Of a DNA stretch of 64,000 nt, positions 1 through 14,600 are shown piece after piece. The position numbers and the translations under genes were made by a program. Origin of the DNA: Eledone cirrhosa (taxonomy: Eukaryota); the NCBI GenBank assembly GCA_964016885.1, contig OZ024746.1, positions 52,886,001-52,950,000 on the forward strand, written 5' to 3'. The first letter of the stretch is position 1, and each line of letters starts with the position of its first letter. The notes below the pieces were generated by a model. It ran no database searches. It was given only the letters and a program-made list of their open reading frames with translations, and was not told the DNA's origin.

Positions 1-3000
1 TGGTTTCTGTGATGGTAGTGTTGTTGTTGTTATTGTAGTTAGTGGCTGCTGAGATGGTAGTGTTGTTGTTGTTGTTATTGTAGTTAGAGGTTGCTGTGAT
101 GGTAGTGTTGTTGTTGTTGTTATTGTAGTTAGTGGTTTCTGTAATGGTAGTGTTGTTGTTGTTATTGTAGTTAGTGGTTGCTGAGATGGTAGTGATGTTG
201 TTGTTGTTATTGTAGTTAGAGGTTGCTGAGATGGTAGTGTTGTTGTTGTTGTTATTGTAGTTAGTGGTTGCTGAGATAATAGTGTTGTTGTTGTTGTTAT
301 TGTAGTTAGTGGTTGCTGAGATGATAGTGTTGTTGTTGTTGTTATTGTAGTTAGTGGTTGCTGAGATAATAGTGTTGTTGTTGTTGTTATTGTAGTTAGT
401 GGTTGCTGAGATGATAGTGTTGTTGTTGTTGTTATTGTAGTTAGTGGTTGCTGAGATGGTAGTGTTGTTGTTGTTGTTATTGTAGTTAGTGGTTGCTGAG
501 ATAATAGTGTTGTTGTTGTTGTTATTGTAGTTAGTGGTTGCTGAGATGATAGTGTTGTTGTTGTTGTTATTGTAGTTAGTGGTTGCTGAGATAATAGTGT
601 TGTTGTTGTTGTTATTGTAGTTAGTGGTTGCTGAGATGGTAGTGTTGTTGTTGTTGTTATTGTAGTTAGTGGTTGCTGAGATGGTAGTGTTGTTGTTGTT
701 GTTATTGTAGTTAGTGGTTTTTGTGATGGTAGTGTTGTTGTTGTTGTTATTGTAGTTAGTGGTTGCTGTGATGGTAGTGTTGTTGTTGTTAATGTAGTTA
801 GTGGTTGCTGAGATGGTAGTGTTGTTGTTGTTGTTATTGTAGTTAGTGGTTGCAGAGATGGTAGTGTTGTTGTTGTTGTTATTGTAGTTAGTGGTTGCTG
901 TGATGGTAGTGTTGTTGTTGTTATTGTAGTTAGTGGTTGCTGAGATGGTAGTGTTGTTGTTGTTGTTATTGTAGTTACTGGTTGCTGAGATGGTAGTGTT
1001 GTTGTTGCTGTTATTGTAGTTAGTGGTTTCTGTGATGGTAGTGTTGTTGTTGTTATTGTAGTTAGTGGTTGATGAGATGGTAGTGTTGTTGTTGTGGTTA
1101 TTGTAGTTAGTGGTTGCTGAGATGGTAGTGTTGTTGTTGTTATTGTAGCTAGTGGTTGCTGTGATGGTAGTGTTGTTGTTGTTATTGTAGTTAGTGGTTG
1201 CTATGATGGTAGTGATGTTGTTGTTATTGTAGCTAGTGGTTCCTGTGTTGGTAGTGTTGTTGTTGTTATTGTAGTTAGTGGTTGCTATGCTGGTAGTGTT
1301 GTTGTTGTTATTGTAGCTAGTGGTTGCTGTGATGGTAGTGTTTTTGTTGTTATTCTAGTTAGTGGTTGCTATGATGGTAGTGTTGTTGTTGTTATTGTAG
1401 TAAGAGGTTGCTATGATGGTAGTGTTGTTGTTGTTATTGTAGTTAGTGGTTGCTATGATGGTAGTGTTGTTGTTGTTATTGTAGCTAGTGGTTGTTGACA
1501 TGGTAGTGTTGTTGTTGTTGTTCTTGTTGTTAGTGGTTGCTGAGATGGTAGTGTTGTTGTTGTTATTGTAGTTAGTGTTTGCTGAGATGGTAGTGTTGTT
1601 GTTGTTTTTATTGTAGTTAGTGTTTGCTGAGATGGTAGTGTTGTTGTTGTTGTTATTGTAGTTAGTGGTTGCTGTGATGGTAGTGTTGTTGTTGTTGTTG
1701 TTATTGTAGTTAGTGGTTTCTGTGATGGTAGTGTTGTTGTTGTTATTGTAGTTAGTGGTTGCTGAGATGGTAGTGTTGTTGTTGTTGTTATTGTAGTTAG
1801 AGGTTGCTGAGATGGTAGTGTTTATGTTGTTGTTGTTGTTATTGTAGTTAGTGGTTTCTGTGATGGTAGTGTTGTTGTTGTTATTGTAGTTAGTGGTTGC
1901 TGAGATGGTAGTGTTGTTGTTGTTGTTATTGTAGTTAGAGGTTGCTGTGATGGTAGTGTTGTTGTTGTTGTTATTGTAGTTAGTGGTTTCTGTGATGGTA
2001 GTGTTGTTGTTGTTATTGTAGTTAGTGGTTGCTGAGATAATAGTGTTGTTGTTGTTGTTATTGTAGTTAGTGTTTGCTGTGATGGTAGTGTTGTTGTTGT
2101 TATTGTAGTTAGTGGTTTCTGTGATGGTAGTGTTGTTGTTGTTGTTATTGTAGTTAGTGGTTGCTGTGATGGTAGTGTTGTTGTTGTTATTGTAGTTAGT
2201 GGCTGCTGAGATGGTAGTGTTGTTGTTGTTGTTATAGGTAGTTAGTGCCTGCTGAGATGGTAGTGTTGTTGTTGTTGTTATTGTAGTTAGTGGTTTCTGT
2301 GATGGTAGTGTTGTTGTTGTTGTTATTGTAGTTAAAGGTTGCTGTGATGGTAGTGTTGTTGTTGTTATTCTAGTTAGTGGTTGCTGTGATGGTAGTGTTG
2401 TTGTTGTTGTTATTGTAGTTAGTGGTTTCTGTGATGGTAGTGTTGTTGTTGTTATTGTAGTTAGTGGTTGCTGAGATGGTAGTGTTGTTGTTGTTGTTAT
2501 TGTAGTTAGTGGTTGCTGAGATGGTAGTGTTGTTGTTGTTGTTATTGTAGTTAGAGGTTGCTGAGATGGTAGTGTTGTTGTTGTTATTCTAGTTAGTTGT
2601 TGCTGTGATGGTAGTGTTGTTGTTGTTGTTATTGTAGTTAGAGTTTGCTGATATGGTAGTATTGTTGTTGTTGTTATTGTAGTTAGTGGTTGCTGAGATG
2701 GTAGTGTTGTTGTTGTTGTTATTGTAGTTAGAGGTTGCTGAGATGGTAGTGTTGTTGTTGTTATTCTAGTTAGTTGTTGCTGTGATGGTAGTGTTGTTGT
2801 TGTTGTTATTGTAGTTAGAGTTTGCTGATATGGTAGTATTGTTGTTGTTGTTATTGTAGTTAGTGGTTGCTGAGATGGTAGTGTTGTTGTTGTTGTTATT
2901 GTAGTTAGAGGTTGCTGAGATGGTAGTGTTGTTGTTGTTATTCTAGTTAGTTGTTGCTGTGATGGTAGTGTTGTTGTTGTTGTTATTGTAGTTAGTGATT

Positions 3001-3120
3001 TCTGTGATGGTAGTGTTGTTGTTGTTATTGTAGTTAGAGCTTGCTGAGATGGTAGTGTTGTTGTTGTTATTGTAGTTAGTGGTTTCTGTGATGGTAGTGT
3101 TGTTGTTGTTATTGTAGTTA
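1..3120. repeat. Partial third copy of the ~6-kb higher-order unit
   Basis: Same marker order as 5625-8940: GGCTGC 44, TCTGTAATGG 138, GACATGG 1497 (5860 upstream of 7357), GCCTGC ~2247, GATATGG 2650/2827, AGAGCTTGC ~3036. Confidence 0.88.
2500..2990. repeat. 177-bp (4-monomer) higher-order repeat, about 2.7 copies; also at ~8320-8800 and ~14410-14900
   Basis: The marker GATATGGTAGTATT lies at 2650/2827, 8464/8641 and 14556/14733, always 177 apart, with a linked TTCTAGTTAGTTGTTGC. Confidence 0.88.
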
Positions 3121-5624
3121 GTGGTTGCAGAGATGGTAGTGTTGTTGTTGTTGTTATTGTAGTTAGTGGTTTCTGTGATGGTAGTGTTGTTGTTGTTGTT
3201 ATTGTAGTTAGTGGTTGCTGTGATGGTAGTGTTGTTGTTGTTATTGTAGTTAGTGGTTGCTGAGATGGTAGTGTTGTTGTTGTTGTTATTGTAGTTAGTG
3301 GTTGCTGAGATGGTAGTGTTATTGTTGCTGTTATTGTAGTTAGTGGTTTCTGTGATGGTAGTGTTGTGGTTGTTGTTATTGTAGTTAGTGGTTGCTGTGA
3401 TGGTAGTGTTGTTGTTGTTATTCTAGTTAGTGGTTGCTGTGATGGTAGTGTTGTTGTTGTTGTTATTGTAGTTAGTGGTTGCTGTGATGGTAGTGTTGTT
3501 GTTGTTATTGTAGTTAGTGGTTGCTGAGATGGTAGTGTTGTTGTTGTTGTTATTGTAGTTAGTGGTTGCTGAGATGGTAGTGTTATTGTTGCTGTTATTG
3601 TAGTTAGTGGTTTCTGTGATGGTAGTGTTGTGGTTGTTGTTATTGTAGTTAGTGGTTGCTGTGATGGTAGTGTTGTTGTTGTTATTCTAGTTAGTGGTTG
3701 CTGTGATGGTAGTGTTGTTGTTGTTGTTATTGTAGTTAGTGGTTTCTGTGATGGTAGTGTTGTTGTTGTTATTGTAGTTAGTGGTTGCTGAGATGGTAGT
3801 GTTGTTGTTGTGGTTATTGTAGTTAGTGGTTGCTGAGATGGTAGTGTTGTTGTTGTGGTTATTGTAGTTAGTGGTTGCTGAGATGGTAGTGTTGTTGTTG
3901 TTATTGTAGTTAGTGGTTGCTATGCTGGTAGTGTTGTTGTTGTTATTGTAGTAAGAGGTTGCTATGATGGTAGTGTTGTTGTTGTTATTGTAGTTAGTGG
4001 TTGCTATGATGGTAGTGTTGTTGTTGTTATTGTAGCTAGTGGTTGCTGAGATGGTAGTGTTGTTGTTGTTGTTATTGTTGTTAGTGGTTGCTGAGATGGT
4101 AGTGTTGTTGTTGTTATTGTAGTTAGTGTTTGCTGAGATGGTAGTGTTGTTGTTGTTTTTATTGTAGTTAGTGTTTGCTGAGATGGTAGTGTTGTTGTTG
4201 TTTTTATTGTAGTTAGTGGTTGCTGAGATGGTAGTGTTGTTGTTGTTGTTATTGTAGTTAGTGGTTTCTGTGATGGTAGTGTTGTTGTTGTTGTTATTGT
4301 AGTTAGAGGTTGCTGAGATGGTAGTGTTGTTGTTGTTGTTGTTGTTATTGTAGTTAGTGGTTTCTGTGATGGTAGTGTTGTTGTTGTTATTGTAGTTAGT
4401 GGTTGCTGAGATGGTAGTGTTGTTGTTGTTGTTATTGTAGTTAGAGGTTGCTGTGATGGTAGTGTTGTTGTTGTTGTTATTGTAGTTAGTGGTTTCTGTG
4501 ATGGTAGTGTTGTTGTTGTTATTGTAGTTAGTGGTTGCTGAGATAATAGTGTTGTTGTTGTTGTTATTGTAGTTAGTGTTTGCTGAGATGGTAGTGTTGT
4601 TGTTGTTGTTATTGTAGTTAGTGGTTGCTGAGATAATAGTGTTGTTGTTGTTGTTATTGTAGTTAGTGTTTGCTGAGATGGTAGTGTTGTTGTTGTTGTT
4701 ATTGTAGTTAGTGGTTGCTGAGATGGTAGTGTTGTTGTTGTTGTTATTGTAGTTAGTGGTTGCTGAGATGGTAGTGTTGTTGTTGTTGTTATTGTAGTTA
4801 GTGGTTGCTGAGATGGTAGTGTTGTTGTTGTTGTTATTGTAGTTAGTGGTTTCTGTGATGGTAGTGTTGTTGTTGTTGTTATTGTAGTTAGTGGTTGCTG
4901 AGATAATAGTGTTGTTGTTGTTGTTATTGTAGTTAGTGTTTGCTGAGATGGTAGTGTTGTTGTTGTTGTTATTGTAGTTAGTGGTTGCTGAGATGGTAGT
5001 GTTGTTGTTGTTGTTATTGTAGTTAGTGGTTGCTGAGATGGTAGTGTTGTTGTTGTTGTTATTGTAGTTAGTGGTTTCTGTGATGGTAGTGTTGTTGTTG
5101 TTGTTATTGTAGTTAAAGGTTGCTGTGATGGTAGTGTTGTTGTTGTTGTTATTCTAGTTAGTGGTTGCTGTGATGGTAGTGTTGTTGTTGTTGTTATTCT
5201 AGTTAGTGGTTGCTGTGATGGTAGTGTTGTTGTTGTTGTTATTGTAGTTAGTGGTTTCTGTGATGGTAGTGTTGTTGTTGTTATTGTAGTTAGTGGTTGC
5301 TGAGATGGTAGTGTTGTTGTTGTTGTTATTGTAGTTAGTGGTTGCTGAGATGGTAGTGTTGTTGTTGTTGTTATTGTAGTTAGAGTTTGCTGAGATGGTA
5401 GTATTGTTGTTGTTGTTATTGTAGTTAGTGGTTGCAGAGATGGTAGTGTTGTTGTTGTTGTTATTGTAGTTAGAGGTTGCTGAGATGGTAGTGTTGTTGT
5501 TGTTATTCTAGTTAGTTGTTGCTGTGATGGTAGTGTTGTTGTTGTTGTTATTGTAGTTAGTGATTTCTGTGATGGTAGTGTTGTTGTTGTTATTGTAGTT
5601 AGAGCTTGCTGAGATGGTAGTGTT

Positions 5625-8600
5625 GTTGTTGTTATTGTAGTTAGTGGTTTCTGTGATGGTAGTGTTGTTGTTGTTATTGTAGTTAGTGGCTGCTGAGATG
5701 GTAGTGTTGTTGTTGTTGTTATTGTAGTTAGAGGTTGCTGTGATGGTAGTGTTGTTGTTGTTGTTATTGTAGTTAGTGGTTGCTGTGATGGTAGTGTTGT
5801 TGTTGTTATTGTAGTTAGTGGTTGCTGAGATGGTAGTGTTGTTGTTGTTGTTATTGTAGTTAGTGGTTTTTGTGATGGTAGTGTTGTTGTTGTTGTTATT
5901 GTAGTTAGTGGTTGCTGTGATGGTAGTGTTGTTGTTGTTAATGTAGTTAGTGGTTGCTGAGATGGTAGTGTTGTTGTTGTTGTTATTGTAGTTAGTGGTT
6001 TCTGTAATGGTAGTGTTGTTGTTGTTATTGTAGTTAGTGGTTGCTGAGATGGTAGTGATGTTGTTGTTGTTATTGTAGTTAGAGGTTGCTGAGATGGTAG
6101 TGTTGTTGTTGTTGTTATTGTAGTTAGTGGTTGCTGAGATGATAGTGTTGTTGTTGTTGTTATTGTAGTTAGTGGTTGCTGAGATAATAGTGTTGTTGTT
6201 GTTGTTATTGTAGTTAGTGGTTGCTGAGATGATAGTGTTGTTGTTGTTGTTATTGTAGTTAGTGGTTGCTGAGATAATAGTGTTGTTGTTGTTGTTATTG
6301 TAGTTAGTGGTTGCTGAGATGATAGTCTTGTTGTTGTTGTTATTGTAGTTAGTGGTTGCTGAGATGGTAGTGTTGTTGTTGTTGTTATTGTAGTTAGTGG
6401 TTTTTGTGATGGTAGTGTTGTTGTTGTTGTTATTGTAGTTAGTGGTTGCTGTGATGGTAGTGTTGTTGTTGTTAATGTAGTTAGTGGTTGCTGAGATGGT
6501 AGTGTTGTTGTTGTTGTTATTGTAGTTAGTGGTTGCAGAGATGGTAGTGTTGTTGTTGTTGTTATTGTAGTTAGTGGTTTCTGTGATGGTAGTGTTGTTG
6601 TTGTTGTTATTGTAGTTAGTGGTTGCTGTGATGGTAGTGTTGTTGTTGTTATTGTAGTTAGTGGTTGCTGAGATGGTAGTGTTGTTGTTGTTGTTATTGT
6701 AGTTAGTGGTTGCTGAGATGGTAGTGTTGTTGTTGCTGTTATTGTAGTTAGTGGTTTCTGTGATGGTAGTGTTGTTGTTGTTGTTATTGTAGTTAGTGGT
6801 TGCTGTGATGGTTGTGTTGTTGTTGTTATTCTAGTTAGTGGTTGCTGTGATGGTAGTGTTGTTGTTGTTGTTATTGTAGTTAGTGGTTTCTGTGATGGTA
6901 GTGTTGTTGTTGTTATTGTAGTTAGTGGTTGATGAGATGGTAGTGTTGTTGTTGTGGTTATTGTAGTTAGTGGTTGCTGAGATGGTAGTGTTGTTGTTGT
7001 TATTGTAGCTAGTGGTTGCTGTGATGGTAGTGTTGTTGTTGTTATTGTAGTTAGTGGTTGCTATGATGGTAGTGATGTTGTTGTTATTGTAGCTAGTGGT
7101 TCCTGTGTTGGTAGTGTTGTTGTTGTTATTGTAGTTAGTGGTTGCTATGCTGGTAGTGTTGTTGTTGTTATTGTAGCTAGTGGTTGCTGTGATGGTAGTG
7201 TTTTTGTTGTTATTGTAGTTAGTGGTTGCTATGATGGTAGTGTTGTTGTTGTTATTGTAGTAAGAGGTTGCTATGATGGTAGTGTTGTTGTTGTTATTGT
7301 AGTTAGTGGTTGCTATGATGGTAGTGTTGTTGTTGTTATTGTAGCTAGTGGTTGTTGACATGGTAGTGTTGTTGTTGTTGTTCTTGTTGTTAGTGGTTGC
7401 TGAGATGGTAGTGTTGTTGTTGTTATTGTAGTTAGTGTTTGCTGAGATGGTAGTGTTGTTGTTGTTTTTATTGTAGTTAGTGTTTGCTGAGATGGTAGTG
7501 TTGTTGTTGTTGTTATTGTAGTTAGTGGTTGCTGTGATGGTAGTGTTGTTGTTGTTGTTATTGTAGTTAGAGGTTGCTGAGATGGTAGTGTTTATGTTGT
7601 TGTTGTTGTTATTGTAGTTAGTGGTTTCTGTGATGGTAGTGTTGTTGTTGTTATTGTAGTTAGTGGTTGCTGAGATGGTAGTGTTGTTGTTGTTGTTATT
7701 GTAGTTAGAGGTTGCTGTGATGGTAGTGTTGTTGTTGTTGTTATTGTAGTTAGTGGTTTCTGTGATGGTAGTGTTGTTGTTGTTATTGTAGTTAGTGGTT
7801 GCTGAGATAATAGTGTTGTTGTTGTTGTTATTGTAGTTAGTGTTTGCTGTGATGGTAGTGTTGTTGTTGTTATTGTAGTTAGTGGTTTCTGTGATGGTAG
7901 TGTTGTTGTTGTTGTTATTGTAGTTAGTGGTTGCTGTGATGGTAGTGTTGTTGTTGTTATTGTAGTTAGTGGTTGCTGAGATGGTAGTGTTGTTGTTGGT
8001 GTTATTGTAGTTAGTGGTTTCTGTGATGGTAGTGTTGTTGTTGTTGTTATTGTAGTTAGTGCCTGCTGAGATGGTAGTGTTGTTGTTGTTGTTATTGTAG
8101 TTAGTGGTTTCTGTGATGGTAGTGTTGTTGTTGTTGTTATTGTAGTTAAAGGTTGCTGTGATGGTAGTGTTGTTGTTGTTATTCTAGTTAGTGGTTGCTG
8201 TGATGGTAGTGTTGTTGTTGTTGTTATTGTAGTTAGTGGTTTCTGTGATGGTAGTGTTGTTGTTGTTATTGTAGTTAGTGGTTGCTGAGATGGTAGTGTT
8301 GTTGTTGTTGTTATTGTAGTTAGTGGTTGCTGAGATGGTAGTGTTGTTGTTGTTGTTATTGTAGTTAGAGGTTGCTGAGATGGTAGTGTTGTTGTTGTTA
8401 TTCTAGTTAGTTGTTGCTGTGATGGTAGTGTTGTTGTTGTTGTTATTGTAGTTAGAATTTGCTGATATGGTAGTATTGTTGTTGTTGTTATTGTAGTTAG
8501 TGGTTGCTGAGATGGTAGTGTTGTTGTTGTTGTTATTGTAGTTAGAGGTTGCTGAGATGGTAGTGTTGTTGTTGTTATTCTAGTTAGTTGTTGCTGTGAT

Positions 8601-11600
8601 GGTAGTGTTGTTGTTGTTGTTATTGTAGTTAGAGTTTGCTGATATGGTAGTATTGTTGTTGTTGTTATTGTAGTTAGTGGTTGCTGAGATGGTAGTGTTG
8701 TTGTTGTTGTTATTGTAGTTAGAGGTTGCTGAGATGGTAGTGTTGTTGTTGTTATTCTAGTTAGTTGTTGCTGTGATGGTAGTGTTGTTGTTGTTGTTAT
8801 TGTAGTTAGTGATTTCTGTGATGGTAGTGTTGTTGTTGTTATTGTAGTTAGAGCTTGCTGAGATGGTAGTGTTGTTGTTGTTATTGTAGTTAGTGGTTTC
8901 TGTGATGGTAGTGTTGTTGTTGTTATTGTAGTTAGTGGTTGCTGAGATGGTAGTGTTGTTGTTGTTGTTATTGTAGTTAGAGGTTGCTGTGATGGTAGTG
9001 TTGTTGTTGTTGTTATTGTAGTTAGTGGTTTCTGTGATGGTAGTGTTGTTGTTGTTGTTATTGTAGTTAGTGGTTTCTGTGATGGTAGTGTTGTTGTTGT
9101 TATTCTAGTTAGTGGTTGCTGTGATGGTAGTGTTGTTGTTGTTGTTATTGTAGTTAGTGGTTGCTGAGATGTTAGTGTTGTTGTTGTTGTTATTGTAGTT
9201 AGAGGTTGCTGTGATGGTAGTGTTGTTGTTGTTGTTATTGTAGTTAGTGGTTTCTGTGATGGTAGTGTTGTTGTTGTTGTTATTGTAGTTAGTGGTTGCT
9301 GAGATAATAGTTTTGTTTTTGTTGTTATTGTAGTTAGTGGTTGCTGAGATGGTAGTGTTGTTGTTGTTGTTATTGTAGTTAGTGGTTTTTGTGATGGTAG
9401 TGTTGTTGTTGTTGTTATTGTAGTTAGTGGTTGCTGTGATGGTAGTGTTGTTGTTGTTATTGTAGTTAGTGGTTGCTGAGATGGTAGTGTTGTTGTTGTT
9501 GTTATTGTAGTTAGTGGTTGCAGAGATGGTAGTGTTGTTGTTGTTGTTATTCTAGTTAGTGGTTGCTGTGATGGTAGTGTTGTTGTTGTTGTTGTTATTG
9601 TAGTTAGTGGTTTTTGTGATGGTAGTGTTGTTGTTGTTGTTATTCTAGTTAGTGGTTGCTGTGATGGTAGTGTTGTTGTTGTTGTTATTGTAGTTAGTGG
9701 TTTCTGTGATGGTAGTGTTGTTGTTGTTATTGTAGTTAGTGGTTGCTGAGATGGTAGTGTTGTCGTTGTTGTTATTGTAGTTAGTGGTTGCTGTGATGGT
9801 AGTGTTGTTGTTGTTGTTATTGTAGTTAGAGGTTGCTGAGATGGTAGTGTTGTCGTTGTTGTTATTGTAGTTAGTGGTTGCTGAGATGGTAGTGTTGTTG
9901 TTGTTGTTATTGTAGTTAGAGGTTGCTGAGATGGTAGTGTTGTTGTTGTTATTCTAGTTAGTGGTTGCTGTGATGGTAGTGTTGTTGTTATTATTGTAGT
10001 TAGAGGTTGCTGAGATGGTAGTGTTGTTGTTGTTATTCTAGTTAGTGGTTGCTGTGATGGTAGTGTTGTTGTTGTTGTTATTGTAGTTAGTGGTTTCTGT
10101 GATGGTAGTGTTGTTGTTGTTATTGTAGTTAGAGATTGCTGAGATGGTAGTGTTGTTGTTGTTGTTAGTGGTTGCTGTGATGTTAGTGTTGTTGTTGTTA
10201 TTGTAGTTAGTGGTTGTTGTGATGGTAATGTTGTTGTTGTTGTTATTGTAGTTAGTGGTTGTTGTGATGGTAGTGTTATGTTGTTGTTGTAGTTAGTGGT
10301 TGATGTGATGGTAGTGTTGTTATTGTTATTGTTGTTAGTGGTTGTTGTGATGGTAGTGTTGTTGTTGTTGTTGTAGTTAGTGGTTGATGTGATTGTAGTG
10401 TTCTTGTTGTTATTGTAGTTAGTGGTTGTTGTGATGGTAGTGTTGTTGTTGTTGTTGTAGTTAGTGGTTGATGTGATGGTAGTGTTGTTGTTGTTATTGT
10501 AGTTAGTGGTTGTTCTGATGGTAGTGTTGTTGTTGTTGTTATTGTAGTTATTGGTTTCTGTGATGGTAGTGTTGTAGTTGTTGTTATTGTAGTTAGAGGT
10601 TGCTGAGATGGTAGTGTTGTTGTTGTTGTTATTGTAGTTAGTGGTTGCTGAGATGGTAGTGTTGTTGTTGTTGTTATTGTAGTTAGTGGTTGCTGAGATG
10701 GTAGTGTTGTTGTTGTTGTTATTTTAGTTAGTGGTTGCTGTGATTGTAGTGTTGTTGTTGTTGTTATTGTAGTTAGAGGTTGCTGAGATGGTAGTGTTGT
10801 TGTTGTTGTTATTGTAGTTACTGGTTGCTGAGATGGTAGTGTTGTTGTTATTATTGTAGTTAGAGGTTTCTGTGATGGTAGTGTTGTTGTTGTTATTGTA
10901 GTTAGTGGTTGGTGAGATGGTAGTGTTGTCGTTGTTGTTATTGTAGTTAGTGGTTGCTGTGATGGTAGTGTTGTTGTTATTATTGTAGTTAGAGGTTTCT
11001 GTGATGGTAGTGTTGTTGTTGTTATTGTAGTTAGTGGTTGGTGAGATGGTAGTGTTGTCGTTGTTGTTATTGTAGTTAGTGGTTGCTGTGATGGTAGTGT
11101 TGTTGTTGTTGTTATTGTAGTTAGAGGTTGCTGAGATGGTAGTGTTGTCGTTGTTGTTATTGTAGTTAGTGGTTGCTGAGATGGTAGTGTTGTTGTTGTT
11201 GTTATTGTAGTTACTGGTTGCTGAGATGGTAGTGTTGTTGTTGTTGTTATTGTAGTTAGAGGTTGCTGAGATGTTAGTGTTGTTGTTGTTATTCTAGTTA
11301 GTGGTTGCTGTGATGGTAGTGTTGTTGTTATTATTGTAGTTAGAGGTTTCTGTGATGGTAGTGTTGTTGTTGTTATTGTAGTTAGTGGTTGCTGAGATGG
11401 TAGTGTTGTCGTTGTTGTTATTGTAGTTAGTGGTTGCTGTGATGGTAGTGTTGTTGTTGTTGTTATTGTAGTTAGAGGTTGCTGAGATGGTAGTGTTGTC
11501 GTTGTTGTTATTGTAGTTAGTGGTTGCTGAGATGGTAGTGTTGTTGTTGTTGTTATTGTAGTTACTGGTTGCTGAGATGGTAGTGTTGTTGTTGTTGTTA

Positions 11601-14600
11601 TTGTAGTTAGAGGTTGCTGAGATGTTAGTGTTGTTGTTGTTATTCTAGTTAGTGGTTGCTGTGATGGTAGTGTTGTTGTTATTATTGTAGTTAGAGGTTT
11701 CTGTGATGGTAGTGTTGTTGTTGTTGTTATTGTAGTTAGTGATTTCTGTGATGGTAGTGTTGTTGTTGTTATTGTAGTTAGTGGTTTCTGTGATGGTAGT
11801 GTTGTTGTTGTTATTGTAGTTAGTGGCTGCTGAGATGGTAGTGTTGTTGTTGTTGTTATTGTAGTTAGAGGTTGCTGTGATGGTAGTGTTGTTGTTGTTG
11901 TTATTGTAGTTAGTGGTTGCTGTGATGGTAGTGTTGTTGTTGTTATTGTAGTTAGTGGTTGCTGAGATGGTAGTGTTGTTGTTGTTGTTATTGTAGTTAG
12001 TGGTTTTTGTGATGGTAGTGTTGTTGTTGTTGTTATTGTAGTTAGTGGTTGCTGTGATGGTAGTGTTGTTGTTGTTAATGTAGTTAGTGGTTGCTGAGAT
12101 GGTAGTGTTGTTGTTGTTGTTATTGTAGTTAGTGGTTTCTGTAATGGTAGTGTTGTTGTTGTTATTGTAGTTAGTGGTTGCTGAGATGGTAGTGATGTTG
12201 TTGTTGTTATTGTAGTTAGAGGTTGCTGAGATGGTAGTGTTGTTGTTGTTGTTATTGTAGTTAGTGGTTGCTGAGATGATAGTGTTGTTGTTGTTGTTAT
12301 TGTAGTTAGTGGTTGCTGAGATAATAGTGTTGTTGTTGTTGTTATTGTAGTTAGTGGTTGCTGAGATGATAGTGTTGTTGTTGTTGTTATTGTAGTTAGT
12401 GGTTGCTGAGATAATAGTGTTGTTGTTGTTGTTATTGTAGTTAGTGGTTGCTGAGATGATAGTGTTGTTGTTGTTGTTATTGTAGTTAGTGGTTGCTGAG
12501 ATGGTAGTGTTGTTGTTGTTGTTATTGTAGTTAGTGGTTTTTGTGATGGTAGTGTTGTTGTTGTTGTTATTGTAGTTAGTGGTTGCTGTGATGGTAGTGT
12601 TGTTGTTGTTAATGTAGTTAGTGGTTGCTGAGATGGTAGTGTTGTTGTTGTTGTTATTGTAGTTAGTGGTTGCAGAGATGGTAGTGTTGTTGTTGTTGTT
12701 ATTGTAGTTAGTGGTTTCTGTGATGGTAGTGTTGTTGTTGTTGTTATTGTAGTTAGTGGTTGCTGTGATGGTAGTGTTGTTGTTGTTATTGTAGTTAGTG
12801 GTTGCTGAGATGGTAGTGTTGTTGTTGTTGTTATTGTAGTTAGTGGTTGCTGAGATGGTAGTGTTGTTGTTGCTGTTATTGTAGTTAGTGGTTTCTGTGA
12901 TGGTAGTGTTGTTGTTGTTGTTATTGTAGTTAGTGGTTGCTGTGATGGTTGTGTTGTTGTTGTTATTCTAGTTAGTGGTTGCTGTGATGGTAGTGTTGTT
13001 GTTGTTGTTATTGTAGTTAGTGGTTTCTGTGATGGTAGTGTTGTTGTTGTTATTGTAGTTAGTGGTTGATGAGATGGTAGTGTTGTTGTTGTGGTTATTG
13101 TAGTTAGTGGTTGCTGAGATGGTAGTGTTGTTGTTGTTATTGTAGCTAGTGGTTGCTGTGATGGTAGTGTTGTTGTTGTTATTGTAGTTAGTGGTTGCTA
13201 TGATGGTAGTGATGTTGTTGTTATTGTAGCTAGTGGTTCCTGTGTTGGTAGTGTTGTTGTTGTTATTGTAGTTAGTGGTTGCTATGCTGGTAGTGTTGTT
13301 GTTGTTATTGTAGCTAGTGGTTGCTGTGATGGTAGTGTTTTTGTTGTTATTGTAGTTAGTGGTTGCTATGATGGTAGTGTTGTTGTTGTTATTGTAGTAA
13401 GAGGTTGCTATGATGGTAGTGTTGTTGTTGTTATTGTAGTTAGTGGTTGCTATGATGGTAGTGTTGTTGTTGTTATTGTAGCTAGTGGTTGTTGACATGG
13501 TAGTGTTGTTGTTGTTGTTCTTGTTGTTAGTGGTTGCTGAGATGGTAGTGTTGTTGTTGTTATTGTAGTTAGTGTTTGCTGAGATGGTAGTGTTGTTGTT
13601 GTTTTTATTGTAGTTAGTGTTTGCTGAGATGGTAGTGTTGTTGTTGTTGTTATTGTAGTTAGTGGTTGCTGTGATGGTAGTGTTGTTGTTGTTGTTATTG
13701 TAGTTAGAGGTTGCTGAGATGGTAGTGTTTATGTTGTTGTTGTTGTTATTGTAGTTAGTGGTTTCTGTGATGGTAGTGTTGTTGTTGTTATTGTAGTTAG
13801 TGGTTGCTGAGATGGTAGTGTTGTTGTTGTTGTTATTGTAGTTAGAGGTTGCTGTGATGGTAGTGTTGTTGTTGTTGTTATTGTAGTTAGTGGTTTCTGT
13901 GATGGTAGTGTTGTTGTTGTTATTGTAGTTAGTGGTTGCTGAGATAATAGTGTTGTTGTTGTTGTTATTGTAGTTAGTGTTTGCTGTGATGGTAGTGTTG
14001 TTGTTGTTATTGTAGTTAGTGGTTTCTGTGATGGTAGTGTTGTTGTTGTTGTTATTGTAGTTAGTGGTTGCTGTGATGGTAGTGTTGTTGTTGTTATTGT
14101 AGTTAGTGGTTGCTGAGATGGTAGTGTTGTTGTTGTTGTTATTGTAGTTAGTGCCTGCTGAGATGGTAGTGTTGTTGTTGTTGTTATTGTAGTTAGTGGT
14201 TTCTGTGATGGTAGTGTTGTTGTTGTTGTTATTGTAGTTAAAGGTTGCTGTGATGGTAGTGTTGTTGTTGTTATTCTAGTTAGTGGTTGCTGTGATGGTA
14301 GTGTTGTTGTTGTTGTTATTGTAGTTAGTGGTTTCTGTGATGGTAGTGTTGTTGTTGTTATTGTAGTTAGTGGTTGCTGAGATGGTAGTGTTGTTGTTGT
14401 TGTTATTGTAGTTAGTGGTTGCTGAGATGGTAGTGTTGTTGTTGTTGTTATTGTAGTTAGAGGTTGCTGAGATGGTAGTGTTGTTGTTGTTATTCTAGTT
14501 AGTTGTTGCTGTGATGGTAGTGTTGTTGTTGTTGTTATTGTAGTTAGAATTTGCTGATATGGTAGTATTGTTGTTGTTGTTATTGTAGTTAGTGGTTGCT

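Noticed and set aside
121-12660. Exact 12,000-bp offset between lines 121 and 12121 (possible synthetic or formatting artefact)
   Set aside because: It is the sum of two unequal offsets (5863 + 6137) and changes to 11,997 at the GACATGG marker, so the round number is coincidental.
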